A stretch of 64,000 nucleotides of DNA from Eledone cirrhosa (GCA_964016885.1 OZ024747.1:34844001-34908000), one strand, 5' to 3'; numbered from the stretch's first letter, positions 41,149-55,216 are shown. Translations and numbers: made by a program. Notes: generated by a model from the sequence alone, not told the origin.

Positions 41149-43720
41149 ATAGACATGGTGATAGAAATAATCAAGCAAAAAGTGTCGGCCAAAGCTGCTC
41201 GTGCAAGGCACCTTGAAAAACGATCTAAATTCTATAAGGACAATAATATGTTCAAAAACAACCAAAGAAACTTCTACAGAAAAATTGGCAAGTCAACAAT
41301 AACTGCTAAATCAATACCACCCAGGGAGGAAGTGCAAGAATTCTGGGAAAAGATCTGGGCCGAAGAAAAAGTTCATAATATACATGCCCCAAGGATAGAC
41401 AGACAAATGAAAGATACAGCTCAATTTGAGGAACACATATGGGAAATATAACAGTTGAACAGTTGCGTTTGGCTCTTAGAAAACCAGCAAATGGAAATCC
41501 CCAGGAAAAGACAAAATACAAAATTTTTGGATAAATGCCTTCACAAAGTTATATGAGCTGTTAGCCCAACTTTACAATGAAATAGTTAAGGAGCCAGAAA
41601 AGATACCATCATGGCTAGTTAACGGCCTTACATTCTTGCTTCCGAAGAATGATGATACAAACAATCCCAAAAATTACAGACCGATAGCTTGCTTGACCAT
41701 AATGTATAAAATGTTAACATCAGTCATAACTGAATATACATATGACCACCTGATAACAAATGACCTATTTCCCAATGAGCAGAAAGGGTGCAAACGAGGC
41801 TCATATGGCTGTAAGGATCAGCTTTTGGTCAACAAAATGATACTGGAAGATTGTCATAATAGACACAAACATCTATCAATTTCTTGGATAGATTATAAAA
41901 AAGCATTCGATAGTTTGCCACAAATTTGGATTGAAAGGGTTTCAAAACATCTCCCATTGTCAGGAGGTTCCTGTCATTCAGTATGAAGACATGAAAACGA
42001 CACTCCTTTTGAATAGTAAACAAAAATCACTGGAATCTGGAGAAATTAATATTAACTGTGGAATTTTTCAGGTGGACAGTTCAGTGTTGACATTAAAATG
42101 GAGTTTGGACTAGATAAATGCGCCAAAGCAACGTTCACCAGAGGAAAGCTGCTGAACATTTCAGACATTAATCTTGATCGGGGGAATGTGATAAGAGAGA
42201 GAACTTGATCAAGAGGAAACTTACAAATATCTAGGTGTTTGTGAAGGAGACGGAATCAAGCACTCGACAATGAGGGAAAGGATAAGGAAGGAATGTTACC
42301 GCAGAGTAAGAGCAATCTTAAGAACGGAATTGAATGCAAGGAATAGGATTGATGCCATAACCACGCTTGCCATACCAGTAGTAACCTACACCTAGAATGT
42401 CATCAACTGGTCAAGCACAGAGATCCGTAGGCTCGATACAACAATTAGAAAATTCTTAACCATGCACAGAATGCACAACCCTAAGGCAGATACAGATAGA
42501 ATATATCTCCCTAGGAAAGAAGGAGGACGTGGGTTAATCCAGTTAGATATTGCGTTCAAAACTGCAACAATTGGATTATCTACATATCTAAGGGAATCTC
42601 ATGATTGGATGATCAAACCCGTTTTGAAACACGAAAGCATCAAAAGATCATACTCCATTACAAAAGATGCACAAATATACAGTAATGAACTACAAATTTC
42701 AGAAGTTCCATTTACTGCTGAAATGGAAAACACAGAAAAAGAAAAGCAGGTAAAAGTAACTGAAAAGAAAGAACTGCTACAGAAACTGGCTAAGAAATGG
42801 CTAGAAAAGCCTCTGTATGGAAAATACCCCAAAAGAGCTAACAATCCTGATGTTGACAAAACTTTAACCCATCAGTGGTTGGCATCCTCTGGACTGAAAT
42901 CGGAGACTGAAGGACTGATCATATCAACACAAGATCAGTGTCTGACAACAAAAAATTACCAACCCAACATAATAAAAAATGGATGCAACCAATTATGCCG
43001 TGTATGAAAAAAACAACCAGAGTCCATTGACCATATAATTTCAATGTGCAGTCCTATAGCTCCAAGCCAATACTTAAACAGGCATGACAGAGCTGCACAA
43101 TACATACATTGGATAATTTGTAAGCATTTTGACCTGCCCCATCAAAGGAATTGGTGGGAGCATCAACCACCTCCCATACTTGAAAAGGATCACATCTCAA
43201 TCTTTCAATCTTGTGGAACTTTAGCATCCAAACAGACCGAAAATAGATGCAAATAGACCTGATAAACTACTGAAGGACTTTAAAAAGAGTGTATGCCTGC
43301 TAATTGATATGTTCGTTCCAGTAGACAATAATGTATCCATAAAAACATTTAAAATATTGAGCAAGTATAAAGACCAGGAGATAGAAATTGGAAAAATGTG
43401 GAAATTGAGAACTAAAACAATACCAGTGGTTGTAGGCACTCTAGGAATGATACCTAAGGGGTCTAATGATCACTTATCGCAAATCCCAGGAAACCCGTGT
43501 ATAGGAGAAATACAAAAGATAGTACTAATGTGAACTGACCATATACTAAGGAAGATTCTGTCAATATAAGTACATAACAAGTCTAAACACCTAAAGATGC
43601 ATGTGTGTGTATGTATGTTCTTTCTTGAACATGGCGGACCTTGTTGTCTCTTGAGGTCACTGGTTGTGACTTGGTGATAAGTCGTATGAACATAAAGCAA
43701 GATAAATGAAACTATATAAT
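40942..43720 (+). mobile_element. 5'-truncated R4/Dong-like (RLE) non-LTR retrotransposon
   Basis: PKNYRPIACL, EQKGCKRGSYGCKDQL, WIDYKKAFDS, YLPRKEGGRGL, LKSETEG, CCHC region, RHD, NRPD, KILSKYKD, IPVVVGTLG. Confidence 0.9.
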
Positions 43721-43723
43721 AAT

Positions 43724-43930
43724 GGTTTCTTCTATAGGCACAAGGCCAGCAATGTTGGGGATGTGGAAAGTCGATTAAATTGACCCAGTGCGTGACTGGT
43801 ACTTTTTTTTATCAACCCCGTAAGGATAAAAAGCAAAGTTAACCTCAGCGGGATTTGAATTCAGATTATAAATGTCGGTAACTCTATGCTGCAAAGCATG
43901 GCCTTCGACACTCTACCGATACTGCCAATA
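43724..43930 (-). mobile_element. tRNA-SINE copy
   Basis: GGCACAAGGCCAGC tail, CCCCGTAAGGAT core, CTCTACCGATACTGCCAA head. Confidence 0.85.
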
Positions 43931-43949
43931 ATATTACCTTCATGAAAAT

Positions 43950-44460
43950 TCCCTTCATAGTACCTTCTTTAAGAAATCTGAATTTAGAGATCCACACACA
44001 TGGAATTGGTTGAAAAGAGGAGACTTTAAAAAGGCTACAGAAGGAATGTTAATGGTTGCGCAAGAGCAGGTACTCAGAACGAAATGGGTGAAACACCATA
44101 TATACAAGGAGGAGGCTAATTCACTGTGTAGGATCTGTGGAGAGAGAGAGGAGACTGTGGCTCACATTGTATCCGAGTGTACACACCTAGTCCAGACTCA
44201 CTATAAAGGCTGGAGACATGATGGGTGATCCTCTGGCATCTATGCAAAGTAAACAATTTACCACTTTCTGAGAAGTGGTATGAGCATAAGCCAGAGTCGG
44301 TGATAGAAAACGATCAGGTGAAGGTGCTATGGGATTTTAGGATACAGACAAACAAGAAATCAGAACATAATAGGCCTGACATGGTGCTTTTGGACAAGGA
44401 AAAAAGATCGTGCCTGATTGTAGATATAGCCTGCCCATTTGACACGAGAGTGCAAGTATT
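43950..44460 (+). mobile_element. C-terminal fragment of a second RLE LINE
   Basis: TEGMLMVAQEQ, CRICGEREETVAHIVSEC, RHD, WYEHKP, LWDF, NRPD, DIACPFD. Confidence 0.88.
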
Positions 44461-44947
44461 AATTTGTGTTTGAGACACTTTTGGCGGGAAGGAAAATATT
44501 TTTCTAATCCTCTGCCACCACGCAAATTTGTAAGTCGGTGAACGATGGGGAGACGGAGTTGTATCAGATTCCATTTGCTAATCACTTTACTGTGTCGGCC
44601 GTCACATATAGTCATAGCCGGGCATGGACTGGGGTTGAACACTGTCGATTATTGATTATTGATTAGGCGATACCCGCTAATTAATCCACATGCGCAGATT
44701 ATGGATTGTTGCATAATATATGCAGAGAGAGGGTGCAGTGCACACTACTAATGCATTAAGTGTGGCCGAAACTCCAGTCCGGGAACCAATATAGGCACCC
44801 GTTTACGTGTGTTGTATTGAAGCGAATAACTATGTGTATACTCTGGAATGTGTTCTACATTTACTATTGAGTACGATGAAATACAACCGGTGCTGGCATT
44901 GTTAAATATGCTGGGTCCGTCAGTTCCTTATTTTATATATATATATA

Positions 44948-45982
44948 TCGGAACGAGTAGGACCCCGACGGCTGAGCTCAAGCCGTTTCGACGGCTAATT
45001 CTGGACCATATGAAAATGTTTATCCTGGTATATGAATATCCGAGCTTCTCAGGGGGTAATTCCATATCTGGTAAAAGTGATTGTCACAAGGATTAGTCAA
45101 AAGTTTGTTGTTGAGACACATAATTCTATCATGGCAATTTGTGGAAGGAAGGGGTAGCTGAACCTGCCAGTAGAATAAAGAGGGAGAGGGAGTGGAGGAA
45201 ACCTGTCGTGCGTTGATAGTGCCAACTACAGCAGGATCCTAAGGGCCAGAGGGCAAGCAAGTATGCTTGGGAGGGGGAGGGGGAGGAAGTCGAAACAATA
45301 AGTAAATCAATATGGAATAAATATATAGAAGAATACCAAGAATGTTAAAAATATAAAAAACAATTTCTGGTTACTATTCCCTAACCAAATCATCAAGTCT
45401 CTCACTGGTACTGCTAAACTATAGAACAGTTTAATAGGTGGGACGGAATTGTAGTGGGACAATTTTATGAGTTAGTAGTAATCAATCGAGTATATCTTAC
45501 AGTGACAGGTCAACAATTGGGGGTGGGGGGCAAAATACTAAAGAAACTACCACGAAATAATAATTCAGAGTCCCGAAACTAATACGAAATAATTGTTTCT
45601 ACCCTAGGCACAAGGCCAGCAATTATCCAGTGCGACACATAAACTAATACGAAATATTAATTCAAAATCCCGAAAATGAATACTAATACTATCTCTAAGG
45701 GTGCCGCTACGATACAACAATTCTAGTACAAACTGTCTCAACAACAAACTTTTGACCAATCCTTGTGACAATCACTTTTACCATATATGGAATTATCCCC
45801 TGAGAAGCTCGGCTATTCATATACCAGGATAAACATTTTCATTTAGTCCAGAATTAGTCGTCGAAACGGCTTGAGCTCAGCCGTCGGGATTCTACTCGTT
45901 CCTATTACCCACTCTACTACCCTAAGTATTGAGTACTTTGGTGCGTTATGGTTCACCTGGTTCCTTACCACATTTCCTTCGT
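44948..45982. mobile_element. Inverted pLTR pair of PLE family B without ORF; HHR-like motifs at 44962-45057 (-) and 45795-45890 (+)
   Basis: 44948-45118 is the reverse complement of 45734-45902; homologous to 52090-52900. Confidence 0.85.
45795..45890 (+). ncRNA. Hammerhead-like motif with atypical CTGAGAAG core
   Basis: ATCCC-CTGAGAA-GCTCGGCTA...TAGTCGTC-GAAA-CGGCT-TGAGCTC-AGCCG-TC-GGGAT. Confidence 0.6.
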
Positions 45983-46034
<52 letters not shown>

Positions 46035-46162
46035 GGGGGGGGGGGGTGTAGCAATAATAATAAACGTGAAGACTAAAATCTAAAGAGGGCTCGATAAGGA
46101 TACATATATATCAATTATATAAGAACCCTAGAGCAAATATTTAATATATATATATATATATA

Positions 46163-46995
46163 TAAAAGACGTAAAATAAGAAAATATGAATTCTCGACAG
46201 TTGGATTACGTAACTGTCTTTATCCCATTGCAGAAACTAATTAGTTGGAGTGAAAATTTAAGTAAGTAAGTAAAAAATTTTTTAAAAATTTTTTTAAAAA
46301 ATGTTTTCTTATTTTAGGTCTTTTATATTATTGTTCTGCATTCTCCTGCATTGAACCACCTAGGTACTATGACATAACCTGTGTGTTTGCTAGCATGGGC
46401 GTGCATCTGTGCGCTTATGTTAGTTGATATATTAAATTATCTATATTTATCTCCAAATCACTGATTTGTCGAGCAAACTTGCCAAAACCACTTCTAAAAA
46501 AATTTTTTTTTTGGGGGTGTTAGTAGGCGTCAGTCATCTTACCATCCCATTCCTTCTAACTAGCCTCTGTGTCACGTGATTGATTCTTTAGAATCGGCCA
46601 TTTGACCTGAAGCAGTGAGAATTTCGGTACATAGAATCCAGTCCTCGCCAGCTGTTCGATCTACCGAATTATTATTATTTTTATATGAGCCGCCAGTGTC
46701 CGCGCATTGCCTGGAGACTTAACTGAGAATAGACTCCCTGATGACGCAATGAATTCTCGACAGTTGGATTACGTAACTGTCTTTATCCTATTGCAGAAAC
46801 TAATTAGTTGGAGTGAAAATTTAAGTAAGTAAGTAAAAAATTAAAAAAAAATTTTTTTAAAAAAATTTTCTTATTTTACGTCTTTTATATTATTGTTCTG
46901 CATTCTCCTGCATTGACCCACCTAGGTACTATGACATAACCTGTGTATTTGCTAGCATGGGCGTGCATCTGTGCGCTTATGTTAGTTGATATATT

Positions 46996-47003
<8 letters not shown>
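46163..47003 (+). mobile_element. Second insertion of the 548-bp HHR family (~1.45 units, different permutation); HHR at 46733-46814
   Basis: TGAATTCTCGACAG at 46187 and 46750; short inverted piece 46163-46186; (TA)n flanks. Confidence 0.9.
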
Positions 47004-47054
<51 letters not shown>

Positions 47055-47105
47055 AAAGAGTGAAGAATAACATGGTCAACAGTACAAAAAAGGGTTTTAT
47101 TTACA

Positions 47106-47214
47106 GTCTTAACAATTGTTTCATTTATTAAGTTGTCTAAAATTTGCTGAACACTTGAAATTGTGCCACTCAATTTTAAATACGCTGTGAGCTTAACCAG
47201 ATCATCAGAAGAAC
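47106..47214 (-). ncRNA. Type-I hammerhead with long stem II insert
   Basis: TCTT-CTGATGA...GAAA-CAATTG-TT-AAGA; short inverted end repeat 47050-47087 / 47453-47490. Confidence 0.6.
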
Positions 47215-47665
47215 TCAGTGTCTACGAATTCAAATTACAACATCTTTCTTTTTTTTCTCTCTCTTTCTTTATTAAAGATGTTGTAATTTGAATTCGTAGA
47301 CACTGAAAAGAAAAAAAGAAAAAAAGGATATAGAGAAAAAAGACAGAGAGAAAGAAGAGAAAAGGATGAAGAAAAAAGATAAAATATAAAGAGAAAGAAA
47401 AAACAATGACAACAACAAATGAATAAATGCTAATAAACAAGTTACATCGAGGATGTACTGTTGATAATGTTATTCTTCAATCTTTCAATATTATTACTCC
47501 AAGATAAACTTACATAGGAATACAAGAGAACTCATAAACTCGCCACCTACGGAAACCTCTTGTTGAGTCAAACAACGCCGTACGCAAAATCTATCCACAA
47601 TATGAAGTATTCACAACCTCTAACTAGATTACCTATAACGATATTTTAATATCCCTTATATATAT

Positions 47666-47744
<79 letters not shown>

Positions 47745-47793
47745 ATATATGTGTATATATATATATAATATATGTGTATATATATATATATAA

Positions 47794-47847
<54 letters not shown>

Positions 47848-48049
47848 GTAGTTAAGCAAGTTAAGACCACAAACTCACATAGAAGATATTAGTCGGAAAG
47901 TATCAACATTAAGTGCAGTTTAATTTAAAAAGGGGGTATATACATAAATATATATAATTTTGGAGGCTGGATTCTTATAGATCCTCATTATTACTGGAAT
48001 TCTATAAGAATCCAGCCTCTATAATTTTCAACAAAGGGTCGACGAATGC

Positions 48050-48095
48050 TAAGCTCTGATGAACACCAACAATGTGAAACAGATCTGTCAGCTTA
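48050..48095 (+). ncRNA. Canonical minimal type-I hammerhead ribozyme
   Basis: TAAGCT-CTGATGA-ACA-CCAACAA-TGT-GAAA-CAGATCTG-TC-AGCTTA; GUC cleavage triplet. Confidence 0.85.
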
Positions 48096-48253
48096 TCTCC
48101 CTTCGTTTGTTGAAAAAATAAGTAAGTGACATGGTCACTACTTTAAAATAATAACGCAAGGTCTTCAAAACGTGTTTAATTAAGCATACAGTATATTGCC
48201 AAATATACTATACATATGTCATGTATACATCGCTATTTCAGAGCACAATCCTA

Positions 48254-48386
<133 letters not shown>

Positions 48387-49539
48387 ACTAGAGGTTGATT
48401 AACATATAAAGATACATGAATAATCACAGGAGATAATTTTTGCTCGCGTGTAACCAGGCATAGCTAGTATAGGTAATATTTACCTTTAAGAGTGATTAAC
48501 CTTTCCTTGTATATATCCCATTAAGGAAATATATTTCACCAATTGTATCAGATGGTAAGTCACGGATAGTGGATATTATTGAAATGTCAGCAAGGCAAGT
48601 TTAATAATTTCCAGCTTTTCGTCCTTACAGAGTGAGTTCAAATCTTCAACTAGCCGTCACCATGTGTTGCGTCCACACAAGATAGCGGTTTCGTTTCAGT
48701 GGCGTGAATAGGTATTTGACAACTAGAAATAGCAGTCAAATTCTCTTCAACAGAAATAGCTCTATAATTAAGGAGCCGTATATATATATCTAAATCCAAA
48801 ATTACGATAAAATGAAATAAATGTACATTTGAAGGAACATATCCATTACTAAGACGCAGGTAATCAACACAGCAAAGAAAAAAAACTCATTACGGCCGTA
48901 AAGATGATGTTATATGACACGCAGAAGACGAATAGAGAAAGGAAAAACCAAAACCTAGATTACCTTGAGAATTCTGACAACAAAACCTATACCTAGACAG
49001 AACAAACAACAGTGTAAAGGAAAATGAATGTGAGACGGATGTAAGAATAACGGACCCCTGAAGAGGAAAATCATGATGAGGGCAATGAAACATGTAAATA
49101 CTAAAGGAATTGTTGATAATTGAATTTTAGTCATAGAGAAAAAATAAAATATGCCTCACGAATGAAGTTCAATTTACAATTGAAAAATAATTAGCGCGGA
49201 TTTAACTAAAGGAGAGGAAAAATCAGTATTACCAAACCAAACCAATGATATATGTATTTAAAGTATCTCTACTTATCATAATTGAAAAAAATCGCAAGTA
49301 AACACCATGGAAAATTTATACGGAAACATAGAAAATAAGACAAAATAATTCTCATTGCTTAATGGAATCAATAACAAGAAGAAAACCCCCCTAAAACGAT
49401 AGGGGACGATTTTACAAACGAAAAATAATTTAAATCTCTGAATTTTAAGAACACCTGAATCGAGACATCCTCTCCATAGCTCAATGAATCAGTCGGTAAA
49501 CAGCTTTTAGTTCAATATACAGTGTATTATTTATTTAGT

Positions 49540-49760
49540 GTGGTGGATTGGCAATATTGGTAGAACGTTGGACAACATTGGTTACTGCATAGAGTTACAA
49601 CCCTTTATGTTCAGAGGTCAAATCTCGCCCTGGTTAGCTTTCCATTTCATTCTTATTGGGTCAACAAAATAACGCACCAGTAACGCACTGGAGTTGTTTT
49701 AATTGGCTTTCCCCAACCCCTATATTTGTTGGCATTGTACCTAAATTGTACCTAAATCAG
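49540..49760 (+). mobile_element. Old, diverged tRNA-SINE copy
   Basis: GTGGATTGGCAATATTGGTAGA head, CAAATCTCGCC, degenerate core. Confidence 0.7.
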
Positions 49761-50219
49761 AAAACATTACTTCTTTCGTACCAAATAAAAACCCTAATTT
49801 CGTTAACCAGAAAGTTATGTAATGCTATTGCATATACACCGCAAGATAATAGAATTTTGAATGTTAAAAGAATAGTGATTCAGGAATATGCACAAGAAAA
49901 AAGCATTAGTTGCGGAATATCGGATTGCATAACTATCCTCAAACGTCATATATATGGCTTAACGATGAAATAAGAATTATTGTTTAGCTGGATTTTACGT
50001 TTAGCTAAATATTAAGTCAACCCAACGGTTGTAAGTATAATTGGTTTCATGGAAACTGTATTGGTTTCCTGCTGATGTACAGTTATGTCATTGCACCAGT
50101 TTCTATACAGTCTTATTTCATCAAAAATGTTTATTTAGGATGAAAGCTTCAGTGAAGTGATATCGCTACCTGAATACCTATAATACGTACAGAAAAAACT
50201 GACTGTAGTGGCTAATAAA

Positions 50220-50858
50220 CTGTAAAGTTAGAAATGTAGTCTATAGCATAAGATGTACAGAGGGTATTTGCAGAAACATGAGAACGACATACATAGGCGA
50301 GACAGCTCAACGCATAGGAGAAATAATAGACCAACAATTGGGGGGGGGGGATAAATAAGAGGACAATAAAACGGTTCATTACTATACGAACACGCCAGAC
50401 AACAACATGACTGTAATATACACACCATAGAAATTAAAATAATATATAAACATAGAAATGACTCAACAGCTAGGTAAATCAGAGAAGCAAGTGAAATAAA
50501 GCTTAGAAGACCAAAGTTAAACGGAAAAAACGAATGGAATAACAACAACAACCTTACCCAAACAAACAATACTGACTTAAGGGAAATAGAAATAAATAAA
50601 TAAATATATACACAAGTAAAATAACAACAAACACATATAAACACACACTAGAAAACAAAGATAGAATACACAAACCAAAACACATACACACAAACGCGAA
50701 CACACACACCAAACATTATACACACACGCAAACGCATGCACAGTGACGGAGACATGAATAAATAAATAAATAAATAAAATAAAACTGGAGTAGACATTAC
50801 AGTAGAAGGGAACATAATGATAGTACCATTGATGATGTTGCAACGAAAGAACTTTGAT

Positions 50859-50865
<7 letters not shown>
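50220..50865 (+). mobile_element. Decayed PLE 3' end related to family A, with HHR relic at 50824-50859
   Basis: Translates VRNVVYSIRCTEGICRN...YIGETAQRIGE; TTGATGA-T-GTTGCAAC-GAAA-GAAC-TT just before (TA)n. Confidence 0.75.
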
Positions 50866-50945
<80 letters not shown>

Positions 50946-51338
50946 GTATTTTTAACCGTTGGTCAATCAAGGATAAACGTTGATTGCCAAATATATTAAC
51001 TATGGAGATCTAAAAGATACAGAAGCGAAAACCAAATAAATATATATAATAAAATAAATATGGTTTTATAAATATAGTTTCCATTTATTTAATATCACTG
51101 AATATTTACTCCAGTAAACTGTTGAGTGCTCTAAATCAGTTATGAACATGTATATATATATATATATGTGTGTGTTTGTGTGTGTGTGTGTGAAAAAAGT
51201 AGATAAAGGAAAAGAAAGAGGTCTATGTAATCACAGAGCACAGAGTAATAATATAATTTATGAATAATTTCTCAACACACAAGTAGGCTATCTAAAGATT
51301 ATACACACACACATACAAACACACACACACACACACAA

Positions 51339-51390
<52 letters not shown>

Positions 51391-52058
51391 TATATGTCAG
51401 TGTTTGTGTGTGAGAGAGACAGCGAGAGAGAGAGAGAGAAAGAGGGAGTGAGAGTGGGACAGAGAGAACGAGAGGGAGAACGTACAATGAAGCAGCTTTT
51501 CTTAAACATTTTAAAGGATTCTGCTAAAAGAATGACAAAAAACAAATATAAAATAAAGCCACAAAAATACTCATCAACGCTTTTATCATTTCCACAAATA
51601 TATTTATAATACTATTAGTGTTATTATCATAAAAATCATCATATTTTTTCAAATAATCATAATATTTATATTCATCAAAATTTATGGAATATTTATTTAG
51701 TTATCTAACATCATTAAGCACTCCTTTAACTAATCAATCTTTCAAAATATTTAGAGTAAAAAAATTTAAATTTATGCAATCTTGTAGGTTTTCAAAATTA
51801 ATCAAATAGCAAAAAAAAATTATTATTTAGCAACAATGAAAGTATACAATTCTGAGTATACAAAATATAAAAAAATACACGCGAAAATGAATTGATTTCC
51901 CAGAATAAAATTTCTCATTTTCCTGGCGAAACTCTTTGGTATAACATAAAAGAAATTATCGTCATCTAACTATGACTGCCTCGTTTGTTCTCCTGTTCTC
52001 GCATTCCATTTATCTATCTATATCTCAGAATATATCTCTCTATGTATCTATATATATG

Positions 52059-52089
<31 letters not shown>

Positions 52090-52091
<2 letters not shown>

Positions 52092-55062
52092 GAAGGAAAT
52101 GTGGTAAGGAACGAGATGGACCATACCGCACCAAAGTACTCAATACTTAGGGTAGTAGAGTGGGTAATAGGAACAAGTATGACACCGACGGCAGAGCTCA
52201 AGCCGTTTCGACGGCTAATTCTGGACTAAATAAGAATTTTTAGCCTGGTAAATAAATAGCCGAACTTCTCAGGGGGTAATTCCATATATGACAAGATAGT
52301 AATTGTCAAAAGGATTGGTCAAAAGGTTTGTTGTAAAGACAGATTATTTTATCATGGCATTTGCGGGGGAGGTAGTGGTAGCTGAACTTGCCGGTAGAAC
52401 AAACAGTGAGTGGGGGAAACCCAGTCAAGCCTTGAAAGTGAAAACTATACAGCAGATTCAAGGGATAGTGTATAGAAGGTCGAGAAAAGTGTACTGGAGA
52501 AGGGGAGGGGGTGTTGAAGGAATAGATAAATCGAAAGGGAGTAAACAAAAAAAACATTATAAAAATAAGGAAATAAATATATAAAAAAACAATTTCTGGT
52601 TACTACTCCATTTCCACAATCACCAAATCTCTCAATTGGAATTGATAAGCTATAGAAAAGTTTAATAGGTGGAGAAAAATACTAAGTACGAGATTGTAGT
52701 GAAAGAATTTCGTAAAGCCGCCTTTACAGGGGGTCTAACACGGCTATAGTTAGTTAGTAATCAGCCAATGCTATCTTACAATGACAGGTTAATAAGTTGA
52801 GATCATAAATACTAAAATACTTACAAATACTTACAAATACTACTACAAAAATACTAATACGAAATATTAATTCAGAATACTAATACAGAAATACTAATAC
52901 AAGAATACTAATACAAAAATACTACTAAGAAATGTAGAAATCACAGACATGGAGCAGCAACCAGAAAGAAAACAATTTACTGGGGTCTAACACATCTGTT
53001 ATAAAAAGCGTAATCGGCCAATTCTATCTTAAAATTATGGGGGGGGGGGTACGGAGGCTACAGAGGACCAATGGGCTGCATCAAGGTAGGCGAAAAGGTG
53101 AAAAAAAGACAAGGAAGGAGATCTGGGGTGGAAGGACTACGAATAGACGGGGGGAAGAAGGAAATATAGAGGAAATGATGAAAAAAAGTTACGTCTACCT
53201 TTGTAAGTAGGGGTTACCACTTACAAAATCGGCACGTGGGATGTATCAGCCCTTGTCTACACCCCGGATCATTATGGGGTTTGAGGGCGAGGTAAGTCCT
53301 ACGCAATTTGTGTTTGCATGCAGTTACCAGTTCGTCTTTCTTGTTTAGTAGTTGGTCCTTCGAAAACAGCATTTGTAATGTTTCCTCCGAGCATAAGTTA
53401 AGCGGACGTCGTCCTTCCGTGTAAGAGTTAGCTCCGGACAGTAAGCTCCAAGTGATATTATAGGTTATATTATTATCTTTGAGGTCCCAGATGTGGCCCG
53501 AAAGTGTAGTGGTAGGTGCCGGACCGGGTTTCGGAAGGTATAGTCGGTGTAGGTAGAGCCAGGTCTTGAAGTCACAGGCGGTTAATCCTATATAAGTTTT
53601 GTTCGAGGTGTCCGTCCTCACGTTGCACTGGTAAATCACATTACGATCTCGGCATCTGTTGTTGATGGGGCAAAGGGATCTATCAGGACAGTTACACCTC
53701 CTGGTCGGCTCTTCACTGATGTCTAGGTTATTTCTTCGATAGAGGCTGAGTTTTTTGTCGTTAGATGAGACGATGTTTTGTGCAAAGTTAGGTGTGGTGC
53801 TGTAGGATAATTTGATGGTGTTTTTGTTGATTATGTAGTGGTAGCTGTGTTGTGTGGGAAGTGTTTTTCGATGAGCATACAGAAGATTTTCCCGATAGGT
53901 GTTGTCACTTCGGCATTGTGGGGAGCATTGAACTACGTTACGTTGCGTGAGCGGGGGTGTCGCCTGCTGGTTCCGCTAATGGAAGCTGGATGATAGGATA
54001 TTTCCTCCCGGAAGCCACTGCGCTTGAGGGCCTGGTTGTAATAAGGCACCTATTCGTCGAATATCGGCTCATTAGCGTACAAACGAGATATGCAGAGGGA
54101 GATGATTTTACCCAGGTTATTGTGGATATTTCTAGGATGGTTCGACCGGCGATGGATGTAATGCAGGTTGTCGTTTGGTTTCCTGTATGGGTAGTAGAGA
54201 TGATTATCGAAGTTAAGTGTAACGTCCAGGAAGTTTACTCGGGTTAGGGACGTTTGTAGGGTTATTTTAAATCCCCAGCGGCGGAAGAAGCTGATCAATT
54301 GTTTACGGACCCAGTCTGTACTACTGGGGTTGTCCTCTTTGAGGGTATGGAGCCTATCATCACGGTCAAATCCACTGCCGAATGCAGGACACATTTTGGT
54401 GAGTTTAAATAGTAGGATTAACCCTATAAGATATGTGACCTGAGCCGAATCCGTCGCGCCCATACTGACGTCGAAGGGGGAGTCAGGAGCTCTCTTTATC
54501 CATTTGGAGTTGTCGAAAAGTAGGACTGTCTACAATCTCGTACTTAGTATTTTTCTCCACCTATTAAACTTTTCTATAGCTTATCAATCCCAATGAGAGA
54601 TTTGGTGATTGTGGAAATGGAGTAGTAACCAAAAATTGTTGTTTATATATTTATTTCCTTATTTTTATTATGTTTTTTTTGTTTACTCCCTTTCGATTTA
54701 CCTAGTTTTTCAACTTCCCCCTCCCCTTCTCCATTATACTTTTTTCGTCCTTCTATACACTATCCTTAGAATCTGCTGTATAGATTTCACTTTCAACGCT
54801 TGACTGGGTTTCCCCCACTCCCTCTTTGTTCTACCGGTAAGTTCAGCTACCCCTACCTTACCTCTACCAAAATGCCATGATAAAATCATCTGTCTTTACA
54901 ACAAACTTTTGACCAATCCTTTTGACAATTACTATCTTCCCATATATGGAATTACCACCTGAGAAGTTCGGCTATTTATTTACCAGGCTAAACATTCTTA
55001 TTTAGTCCAGAATTAGCCGTTGAAACGGCTTGAGCTCTGCCGTCGGTGTCATACTTGTTCCT
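52090..55062 (-). mobile_element. 5'-truncated PLE family B with inverted pLTR arm (54531-55062 mirrors 52170-52697)
   Basis: Pseudogene ~53214-54530: MGATDSAQV, DRDD, NFLDVTL, PYRKPND, CNCPDRSLCP, IYQCNV...YIGLT; HHR-like motifs at ~52182-52277 and ~54954-55049. Confidence 0.9.
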
Positions 55063-55066
55063 ATAT

Positions 55067-55101
<35 letters not shown>

Positions 55102-55216
55102 TATATATAAATATACATATATATATATATATACATACATATAAACATTGGGGGGGGGGCGTGAAACTTTTGCCTTTCTTGAGGAGATTTTTCAAATATT
55201 TCACTACGTTTCAAAA

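Noticed and set aside
44673-44783. HHR-like CCCG-CTAATTA...GAAACTCCAGTC-CGGG
   Set aside because: Two core substitutions; may be a decayed HHR but too weak to call
48900-49480. A-rich segment resembling a very old PLE ORF
   Set aside because: No diagnostic motif could be read with confidence
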